From: Candidatus Nanoarchaeia archaeon
GTDB taxonomy: Archaea; Nanobdellota; Nanobdellia; Woesearchaeales; DATDTY01
NCBI GenBank assembly: GCA_035290625.1
Contig: DATDTY010000043.1
Location: forward strand, 1 to 55,221
Direction of reading: 5' to 3'
Length of the DNA stretch: 55,221 nucleotides
The notes beneath the pieces were generated by a model. The model was not told where the DNA came from. It made no database searches and saw only the letters and a list, made by a program, of their open reading frames with translations. Position 1 is the stretch's first letter. Each line of letters begins with the position of its first letter. The translations under genes were made by a program, and so were the position numbers. Shown piece after piece: positions 44,669 to 51,986 of the stretch.

Positions 44669-46399
44669 ATGAGGTTTCAGCTGATTGTTCTTCTTGCTCT
44701 GGTTCTGCTTCCGACGGCAGATGCTGCGAAACAGGGACGCATTAAGCTGCTGGCTGCAAAAGAAGGCCTGAATGGAACGTTTGTTGGAAGCACTGCAGAC
44801 CTTTTTCTTGAGATACAAGAGGGGAGCGGCAGGGTCTTTCTGGATACCTTTCCGCTCACAAAGGTTGACACACAGATCTCCACGCGATTTGCCAAGGAGG
44901 TTGCCTGCAACTACCTGGATTATGCCTGCGATGGCTATGACTTCATCTATACCATCAGGGCAGATTCCTCTATCATTGGAGGCCCAAGCGCAGGAGCTGC
45001 AGCAGCAGCCTTAACTGTTGCCTTGCTGGATGGTATCACCATTAATCAGGACATCGCCATAACAGGAACGATAAACTCTGGAGGGGTCATAGGGCCTGTA
45101 GGCGGGATACTGGCAAAGATAGATGCCGCCAAGGAAGGCGGGGCCGCAGTAGTGCTGGTTCCAAAGGGAGAGGGAGGCCAAAAAAGCGGAAACAGCAGCA
45201 TTGATGCCAGGGAATATGGGGAAAATCTCAATATCACAGTTATTGAGGTCTCAAGCCTGGATGAAGTGCTATCCTATTACACCGGGGCCAGCATTCCGGA
45301 GATTGATAATGTGAGCGCTGACCAGGGCTATCAGGAAGCGATGCGGCAAATCTCTGAGAGATTCTGCAACCGGAGCAGCCAATTGGGAAAGAATCTTGAT
45401 GAGAAGGATCAATCTGTGAGCAGGGGGAGAAACCTTACATTGAGAGGAGAGGAGGCTATGAAGCTGGGAGACTTTTATTCTGCAGCATCGTATTGTTTTG
45501 GGGCTAATGTGCAGTTTACAGCAGCTTCACTCCTAGGGCAAAACCTTTCAGCAGGAGAATTGCTGGATCTTGTAAAGCAGGGAGAGAAAAGTGTGCGGGA
45601 CTTCGGCAGCAGGATCAGCAAGGAAGAGAAGAAAACACTAACGGATCTCCAGAGCTCTATGATTATTCGAGAGCGTCTTGATGAGTCTCGTGATGTATTT
45701 ACAAAGGCGAGATTGCAGCTCTTGAACGGAACTCAACCCTATCAGGACATTGCCTATGGATTCGAGCGGATCTACACTGCTTCTGCGTGGAGCGTATTTT
45801 TTAACCATCAAGGGAGAGCCTATGATCTGGATCCGGACAAGATTAAGGATGCCTGCATTAATAAGCTGCTCGAGGTTGAGGAACGGATGCAGTATATCAG
45901 CTTGGTGTTCCCCGTTCAGCAGGAAAATGATGACTTGAAGTATGCCAATGCGGATTATGAGAAAAAGGATTATGAGATGTGCCTGTTCCGGGCTTCAAAG
46001 GCAAAGGCATCTGCAGACATTATCATGGCTGTTTTGGGGCTGGAGGATGGTCCTGCGGTGGATGATGTGATTGAGCAAAAGCTGCGCGCCGCAAAGAAGA
46101 GCCTGGCAAGGCAGGCAAAGAAGGGAATTTTTCCGATTCTGGCATACTCCTATTATGAATATGCAAACTCCTTAAAAACCCAGGACAGATATTCGAGCTT
46201 GCTGTTCGCAGAATATAGCCTGGAGCTTTCGCAGCTTGATGCCTATTTTAAGGAAAAGAAGGCTTATGCCGGGTTTTCGCTGGATACTGAAAAAGTAGAG
46301 ATATTCCTCCTTGGGCTCGCAGTTGGCATTGGATCGTTGAGCCTTGGACGCATTATCGCAGAAAGAAAAAGGAAACATGTGGAGCGGCGTTTTTTATAG
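44669..46399 (+). CDS. secreted/anchored S16 (Lon-type) serine protease domain protein with helical C-terminal region and TM anchor
   Basis: Signal peptide, Lon catalytic GGPSAGAAAA and GGILAKIDAAKEGG (Ser-Lys dyad context), C-terminal TM plus RKRKH. Confidence 0.7.
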   Translation: MRFQLIVLLALVLLPTADAAKQGRIKLLAAKEGLNGTFVGSTADLFLEIQEGSGRVFLDTFPLTKVDTQISTRFAKEVACNYLDYACDGYDFIYTIRADSSIIGGPSAGAAAAALTVALLDGITINQDIAITGTINSGGVIGPVGGILAKIDAAKEGGAAVVLVPKGEGGQKSGNSSIDAREYGENLNITVIEVSSLDEVLSYYTGASIPEIDNVSADQGYQEAMRQISERFCNRSSQLGKNLDEKDQSVSRGRNLTLRGEEAMKLGDFYSAASYCFGANVQFTAASLLGQNLSAGELLDLVKQGEKSVRDFGSRISKEEKKTLTDLQSSMIIRERLDESRDVFTKARLQLLNGTQPYQDIAYGFERIYTASAWSVFFNHQGRAYDLDPDKIKDACINKLLEVEERMQYISLVFPVQQENDDLKYANADYEKKDYEMCLFRASKAKASADIIMAVLGLEDGPAVDDVIEQKLRAAKKSLARQAKKGIFPILAYSYYEYANSLKTQDRYSSLLFAEYSLELSQLDAYFKEKKAYAGFSLDTEKVEIFLLGLAVGIGSLSLGRIIAERKRKHVERRFL

Positions 46400-46537
46400 A
46401 GAATTTTGATTAACCTCTTATTTGCCAAAATTCTCTAAGAGAACTTTGAATAAGACTGATGGGAGCCATGGGTTATTCAAAGTCCTCTATAGAACTTTTG
46501 TTGTTTAAAACCCAGAAAAGGCCTTCTTGCGAAGGCC
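46397..46537. repeat. five alternating copies of an 11-12 nt motif (TAGAGAAYTTTG) forming two stem-loops, plus a GC hairpin
   Basis: 46397-46408(+), 46426-46437(-), 46438-46452(+), 46474-46489(-), 46490-46500(+). Hairpin GGCCTTC-TTGC-GAAGGCC at 46520-46537. Confidence 0.6.
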
Positions 46538-46701
46538 CTTAATGGGAAAAAGAGGTGATCTTGAAATCCCCCAACATTGATACTACAATTAGATAGATAA
46601 GCTTATATTTAAATCTTTCTATTATAATCTATTGCTAAGTAGTTACAAAATACTGTCTTTGTGCGAGAAAGCTTATAAATGCCAAATTTAACCCTTATAG
46701 G

Positions 46702-47706
46702 ATGAAAGGCATTGCAATGTGTTTTGGGCTGGTTATCATTCTTGCGGCAATAATGGCCTGGCTGGCGGAGCCGGAGGCTGCGATTACTGGAATGGCTATA
46801 GAGCCTGCAGAGGCAGAGTTCCTCTATAAGCTTTATTTCTGCCCGAGGGATGATTGCTATGCGGCTATCGTGACGCTGGTGAACAGCTCAGAACGATTTG
46901 TTCACTGCGGCCTCTTTGACCTGAGGCTGGAAGGCCTGATTGGTCTCCTTGATGCAAAGTCTAAGGAAGTAGAGGTCAAGGTCGTAGTGGATGATACGAA
47001 CTACAAGCATGTGGAAAAGAGAAGATGGGCAAAAAAGGACACAAGCAGCCAGCTTTCCCATAACAAATTCTGTGTCATTGACGGAAAAATGGTCTCCACA
47101 GGATCCATGAACCCAACGGAAAATGATGCTGCGAGGAACAATAATAACCTTATTGTGATTGAATCAATGCTTCTGGCAGAGAACTATGAGGATGAGTTCC
47201 AGGAGCTCTGGAGCGGCGAGTTTGGCAGCGGCAGAAGGGTGAAGAATCCTGTGGTTTCTCTGGGAGGGACCAGGATTGAGAATTATTTTTGCCCTGAAGA
47301 TTCCTGCGCAAAGCATGTTGAGGAAGTGATTTCGCGAGCCAATGAATCTGTTTTGTTCATGGCTTTCTCCTTTACAAAGGAGTCTATTGCTGATGCCTTG
47401 CTGTTTTCTAACGCTTCTGTTAAAGGAGTTGTTGAGAAACGGGGCTCTGGCTCGGAGTATTCCCAGTTTAACCGCTTAAAGGGATTCGGAGTCGATGTTG
47501 TCACTGATACCAATCCTTATACGATGCACCACAAAGTCTTTATTATCGATGAAAAGATTGTTGTGACTGGATCATTCAACCCGACGGGGTCAGGAGATTA
47601 CAGAAATGATGAGAATATCCTTATACTCCATAATGAAGAGATCGCGAAGAGGTTTACAGAGGAATTTGGGTATGTGCGGCCAGAAAGCCCTGCCAATACG
47701 CAATAA
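46702..47706 (+). CDS. phospholipase D-superfamily protein (two HKD motifs), N-terminal TM
   Basis: HNKFCVIDGKMVSTGSMNPT and HHKVFIIDEKIVVTGSFNPT. Confidence 0.8.
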   Translation: MKGIAMCFGLVIILAAIMAWLAEPEAAITGMAIEPAEAEFLYKLYFCPRDDCYAAIVTLVNSSERFVHCGLFDLRLEGLIGLLDAKSKEVEVKVVVDDTNYKHVEKRRWAKKDTSSQLSHNKFCVIDGKMVSTGSMNPTENDAARNNNNLIVIESMLLAENYEDEFQELWSGEFGSGRRVKNPVVSLGGTRIENYFCPEDSCAKHVEEVISRANESVLFMAFSFTKESIADALLFSNASVKGVVEKRGSGSEYSQFNRLKGFGVDVVTDTNPYTMHHKVFIIDEKIVVTGSFNPTGSGDYRNDENILILHNEEIAKRFTEEFGYVRPESPANTQ

Positions 47707-47709
47707 AAC

Positions 47710-47854
47710 AGCTCAGTAGAAAGTCAGTCGGCATCGGGCTCGCTTGCGCTTCCTTCACTGTTTGCTGACACCCCCGAAGGGGCCTACCCTCTGTCAGCAG
47801 TGGTTATGGGCGTGAAGAAGCTCGCAGAAAGGATGCCGGACTTTCTACTGATCC
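47710..47854 (+). mobile_element. structured MITE-like element, copy 8 (145 bp)
   Basis: TIR AGCTCAGTAGAAAGTC / GACTTTCTACTGATCC. Perfect 9-bp direct repeats CAATAAAAC at 47701-47709 and 47855-47863. The left repeat contains the PLD gene stop codon. Confidence 0.8.
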
Positions 47855-47898
47855 CAATAAAACGCAATGCATAAAAGATACATCCAATTTCTCTCCTT

Positions 47899-48798
47899 AT
47901 GGTTGACGCAATTATTCTTGGGAGTATAGGGCTTGACGATGTCAGGACGCCTTTCGGAGAGGTCAAAGGCGCGTTAGGGGGGAGCGCCAGCTATGCAAGC
48001 CTTGCCTGCTCTTTTTTTGTAAAGCCGGGAGTTGTCTCTATTGTCGGAGATGATTTCCCTAAAGAGTATGAGGATTTGTTTGCTTCAAGAGGGATATCCT
48101 TAGAAGGGGTTGAAAGGAAGGAGAAAACGTTCAGGTGGAGTGGAGCCTATGAGCACGACATGAATGAGGCAAAAACGCTTAGGACAGAGCTTAATAGCCT
48201 TCAGGCGTTCAGTCCTTTGCTTCCTAAAGAATACCAGGAGGCGAAATATGTCTTTCTGGCAAATACTGATCCTGATATCCAGCTCTCTGTCCTGGAACAG
48301 GTCAGGAATCCGAAGCTGGTTATCCTGGATACAATGAATTTCTGGATTGAATCAAAAAAGGATCGCCTGCTTGAAGCCATACGCAGGTCTGATATATTGC
48401 TGCTGAATGATGGCGAGGCGCGGCAGCTGTTTGGGACTGTTAATCTTATGAAGGCTGCAAAAGAGGCCTTGAAGATTGGTCCAAAGCATGTCATCATCAA
48501 GAAAGGAGAGCATGGCGCCTTGTATTTTACTGATACAGAGCATTTCAATGCTCCGGGCTATCCTTTGGAGTTTCTGAAGGACCCTACAGGCTGCGGGGAT
48601 AGTTTTGGAGGAGGCTTATTGGGATATCTTGCAAAGACGGGGGATGCTTCAGAGAGCAATGTCAGGAGGGCAATCATTTACGGGTCTGTCATTGCAAGCC
48701 ATAATGCAGAGGATTTTTCTTTGAATAGGGTGAGAGCTATCTCGCTTGAGGATGTTGAGAAGAGGTTTGCTGCGTTTGGGAAGATGAGGGAGTTCTAA
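47899..48798 (+). CDS. PfkB-family kinase (candidate nucleoside/adenosine or sugar kinase)
   Basis: DPTGCGDSFGGG anion-hole motif and overall PfkB layout. Confidence 0.7.
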   Translation: MVDAIILGSIGLDDVRTPFGEVKGALGGSASYASLACSFFVKPGVVSIVGDDFPKEYEDLFASRGISLEGVERKEKTFRWSGAYEHDMNEAKTLRTELNSLQAFSPLLPKEYQEAKYVFLANTDPDIQLSVLEQVRNPKLVILDTMNFWIESKKDRLLEAIRRSDILLLNDGEARQLFGTVNLMKAAKEALKIGPKHVIIKKGEHGALYFTDTEHFNAPGYPLEFLKDPTGCGDSFGGGLLGYLAKTGDASESNVRRAIIYGSVIASHNAEDFSLNRVRAISLEDVEKRFAAFGKMREF

Positions 48799-48816
48799 TC
48801 CGGCGCTCTAGGAGAT

Positions 48817-49248
48817 TTAGAGCTGCTCTTTGATATTGGTGGTTGCTATCATCGTCAATGTCTTGGTAATGCCTGGCTGGTTTCTGAAGGAGATTATAAA
48901 GTCGTTGAAGCTTTCAACATTTTTGAACTTGACCTTCAAGAGCAGGTCATATTCTCCGGTGACACCAAATACCTCCTTAATCTCTTTTCTCTGGAGGAAG
49001 GCATTTGGGAGGTGTTTTGAAGCAGCAATAAGAACAAAAGCGATAAAGCCTTCTCCAACCTGCGCATTATTGAGCTTGAGCGTGAATTGCTCAATCACCT
49101 TTTCCTTGATCAGCCGCTGGAGGCGCTGGTGAACTGTGGATGGCCGGATATGAGTCTGAGATGCGATGTCGCGGATCGAAGCTCTGCTATTACCTCGGAG
49201 AATCTCAATAATCCTGTGGTCTTTGTCATCTGGGGAGGGGGGATGCAT
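48817..49248 (-). CDS. Lrp/AsnC-family transcriptional regulator
   Basis: DHRIIEILRGNSRASIRDIASQTHIRPSTVHQRLQRL HTH plus a C-terminal RAM-like domain. Confidence 0.8.
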   Translation of the reverse strand: MHPPSPDDKDHRIIEILRGNSRASIRDIASQTHIRPSTVHQRLQRLIKEKVIEQFTLKLNNAQVGEGFIAFVLIAASKHLPNAFLQRKEIKEVFGVTGEYDLLLKVKFKNVESFNDFIISFRNQPGITKTLTMIATTNIKEQL

Positions 49249-49257
49249 AATAAAAAA

Positions 49258-49342
49258 GGCTCCTTGAATGAGAAGACATTCTCAAACGCCGTGAAAGCTT
49301 GTTGGGGGTCGCTTCAAGGAGCCCTCCTTTGTGCGGCGTTTG
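49258..49342. promoter_or_regulatory. structured segment in the lrp/ahcY divergent region: 11-bp helix, nested 6-bp hairpin and a crossing 9-bp helix
   Basis: GGCTCCTTGAA (49258-49268) / TTCAAGGAGCC (49313-49323). TGAGAA/TTCTCA (49269-49284). CAAACGCCG (49283-49291) / CGGCGTTTG (49334-49342). On the minus strand the outer helix is followed by TTTTTTATT and then ATG. Confidence 0.4.
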
Positions 49343-49477
49343 TTGCTTTTATCGTTCAATAAGTATTTAAATCTTTTGTTTTTTGTCTATTTTTATAGTG
49401 ATTTATTGGACATTGTCTATATTTTCCTGCTTAAAGTATATTAATATCCATTCATTGCCTGAGCTTGGGGTGATTCC

Positions 49478-50743
49478 ATGGATTCAGGCAAGAATTTTGA
49501 GGTCAAGGATTTGCAATTGGCGGAGCAGGGCAGGAAGAACATCGAATGGGCGGAGTCCCAGATGGGCGCCTTGATGAGGGTGAAGGAGAGGTTCCAGAGG
49601 GAGAAGCCATTATCCGGGATGAGGATTGGGATGGCATTGCACCCAACAAAAGAGACTGCTGTGCTTGTGCGGACTTTGCTGGCTGGAGGAGCTGATGTTG
49701 CTTTGTGCGCATGCAATCCTTTGTCAACTCAGGATGATGTTGCTGCGGCATTGGCAAAAGAGGGTGTGAAGATCTGGGCATACAAGGGAGAGACAAAAGA
49801 GGATTACTACAGATATCTTACTCAGGTGATCAAGACCAAGCCAAATTATACATTGGATGACGGTTGCGACCTTGTTACTGAGATCCATACAAAGTATCCT
49901 GAATTGGTTAAAGAGATTGTTGCAGGAGCTGAGGAGACCACGACAGGGATCATACGGCTGAAGGCGATGGAGAAGGGAGGTATATTGAAATATCCCATGC
50001 TGGCTGTGAATGATCTTAAGACAAAACATCTTTTTGATAATTTTTTGGGAACCGGACAATCAACAATTGATGGCATTCTTCGGGCAACAAGCATATTGAT
50101 AGCGGGCAGGACTTTTGTTGTGGCAGGATACGGCCCTTGCGGCAAGGGGGTTGCAAGAAGGGCCCAGGGCATGGGCGCCAATGTTATTGTTGTTGAGGTG
50201 GATGCTGTCAGGGCGTTGCAGGCAGTCCATGATGGGTGCAGGGTAATGCCTATCGCTGAGGCTGCAAAAGAGGGAGAGGTCTTTGTAACAGTCACCGGGA
50301 ATAAGCACATCATACGAGCTGAGCATATCGAAGCTATGAAGGACGGGGCCATACTTGCAAATTCAGGCCATTTTGACCTTGAGATTGATGTAAAGGGGCT
50401 GGAGGGGATCTCTAAAGGAAAAGAGAGGATACGGCCCCAATTGGACAGATATACGCTGAAAAACGGAAAGAATCTGTATCTTATTGGAGAAGGGAGGTTA
50501 TGCAATCTGGCAGCTGCCGAGGGCCATCCTTCTGTTGTTATGGCGCAGAGCTTCTGTGGACAAGCGCTTGCAGCTGAATATGCGGCAAAGAACAAGGGAA
50601 AACTTGCTGCCAAGGTTATCAAGCTGCCTGACGAGATTGATACCACGATTGCAGAACTTCAGCTTTCTGCATTAGGCGTTTCGTTTGATCAGCTTACAGA
50701 AGAGCAGAAAGTGTATTTATCAAGTTGGCAGGAAGGGACTTGA
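49478..50743 (+). CDS. ahcY: S-adenosyl-L-homocysteine hydrolase
   Basis: KDLQLAEQGRKNIEWAESQMGAL, CNPLSTQDDVAAAL, EETTTG, NAD fold VAGYGPCGKG, GHFDLEID. GGGGTGA SD before the ATG. Confidence 0.9.
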   Translation: MDSGKNFEVKDLQLAEQGRKNIEWAESQMGALMRVKERFQREKPLSGMRIGMALHPTKETAVLVRTLLAGGADVALCACNPLSTQDDVAAALAKEGVKIWAYKGETKEDYYRYLTQVIKTKPNYTLDDGCDLVTEIHTKYPELVKEIVAGAEETTTGIIRLKAMEKGGILKYPMLAVNDLKTKHLFDNFLGTGQSTIDGILRATSILIAGRTFVVAGYGPCGKGVARRAQGMGANVIVVEVDAVRALQAVHDGCRVMPIAEAAKEGEVFVTVTGNKHIIRAEHIEAMKDGAILANSGHFDLEIDVKGLEGISKGKERIRPQLDRYTLKNGKNLYLIGEGRLCNLAAAEGHPSVVMAQSFCGQALAAEYAAKNKGKLAAKVIKLPDEIDTTIAELQLSALGVSFDQLTEEQKVYLSSWQEGT

Positions 50744-50753
50744 GGTTATTGAG

Positions 50754-51926
50754 TTACTTTTTTCTCTTTTTCTTGTAAGCCAGCAGCCCGACAATCACGA
50801 TTGCCAAGATGATGATTATCCCTATGAGAACTGACGGTTGCAGCTTTCCTGGAGGAGTTGGTGGAGCTTCCTCTTTCTTGATTTCTGGAAGAGCTACCTC
50901 TGGCTGGGCTTCTGGAGCTTCCACTGCCACTCCAGCAGCAACAGTTGAGGAGGTTATTTCAGTCAACTGCTTCTTTACAATATAATCAAAGGTTGCTGTT
51001 TGGCCTTTCTTAAGGACATCTACAGCAAATTCAAGGACAGGATCCTTCTGAAGAATTCTGGGCTTTATTCCTGGGAAAATCAAGTCATCTGATGATGCTG
51101 CCACATCTTTTAAGATAACCTCAATGACCTTGACATCTTTCATATCTTCGGGGGCTGTAAATACCACTATAATCTGGCTTCTGTAGAGCTCTTCGCCTGT
51201 TTCCTTATTCTGAACCTTGAAGACTGCCAATGTCTTTGTAACAGTGACTCCTACTGCTTCTTTGGACTGCAATTGGTTAAGGACGGATTGTAAGGCTGCA
51301 ATGGCTTCTGGGCTGGTAACTTTCTGCAGCGCGCTTTCAACTGCTGCAGCTGCTGGCGTTGTTGTCACAGTAGCTGTTTCACCAACCTGGTCAATGCGGA
51401 CATTTGTCCAGTCTGGAGGGATGGTTGCTGTGATTCTACTTATGGTTGCTGAATCGGTTACTGGTGTTGTGGCTCCTGTTGCTCCTGCCCCGCCACCTCC
51501 TCCGCCACCTCCGCCACCTGTGCTTGAAGTTGCAGCTGCGGTTGTTGAATAGTTGATATTAAGCCGGGTTGTGTTTCCTGGCTGATAGGGATAGGAACTA
51601 GGGGATAAGCTACTTCCTGAGCCTGCTGAGAAGGTTATTGTATTGCCTGCGGTTGCGCCTGATTGATAGACTATCAGCTGATGGCATTCTGCTCCATTTG
51701 CGCAGCCATACTGGCCTGCTGCTGTTGTTGTGAGCGAGCCTGCTGTTGCGCCATTAAGCGTTGCTATTATTGTCACTCCTGCAGACGCTCCGGTAAGGTC
51801 TCCGTAGAATATGTGAGGGTCGTTTAGGCTAGGAATTTGCGCATGTACGAAAGGAAATGCTAGTAGTATTGTTGCAATGAATATTAAACTTGTTAAACAG
51901 AAAGGTAGCTTGTTTCTCATCTTCAA
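50754..51926 (-). CDS. secreted surface protein with poly-Gly linker and C-terminal TM anchor
   Basis: Signal peptide, a glycine run (GGGGGGGGG), a Thr/Ala-rich region, C-terminal hydrophobic helix plus KKKRKK. Confidence 0.6.
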   Translation of the reverse strand: MKMRNKLPFCLTSLIFIATILLAFPFVHAQIPSLNDPHIFYGDLTGASAGVTIIATLNGATAGSLTTTAAGQYGCANGAECHQLIVYQSGATAGNTITFSAGSGSSLSPSSYPYQPGNTTRLNINYSTTAAATSSTGGGGGGGGGGAGATGATTPVTDSATISRITATIPPDWTNVRIDQVGETATVTTTPAAAAVESALQKVTSPEAIAALQSVLNQLQSKEAVGVTVTKTLAVFKVQNKETGEELYRSQIIVVFTAPEDMKDVKVIEVILKDVAASSDDLIFPGIKPRILQKDPVLEFAVDVLKKGQTATFDYIVKKQLTEITSSTVAAGVAVEAPEAQPEVALPEIKKEEAPPTPPGKLQPSVLIGIIIILAIVIVGLLAYKKKRKK

Positions 51927-51959
51927 GTTGGTTTTGCCCCCATGGTAGTAAAGAAAGTT

Positions 51960-51979
51960 AAAATAAAATAAAATAAAAA
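51960..51979 (-). terminator. T-rich tract ((ATTTT)n on minus strand) after the large surface-protein gene; may also hold the promoter of the next gene
   Basis: (AAAAT)3AAAAA on the plus strand, beginning 8 nt beyond the stop at 51987. Archaeal termination uses oligo-T. Confidence 0.4.
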
Positions 51980-51986
51980 GTTTGCT

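Noticed and set aside
46397-46500. CRISPR array or replication-origin ORB elements.
   Set aside because: The repeats are only 11-12 nt, alternate in orientation and pair into hairpins, with no regular spacers. The motif does not resemble ORB or mini-ORB consensus as I recall it, and no orc1/cdc6 gene is nearby.
49258-49342. SAH riboswitch upstream of ahcY.
   Set aside because: The structure lies upstream of the likely ahcY promoter (AT-rich boxes at about 49433-49445, SD at 49469). It does not match the SAH riboswitch conserved nucleotides as I recall them. It is retained only as an unclassified structured segment, more plausibly related to lrp.
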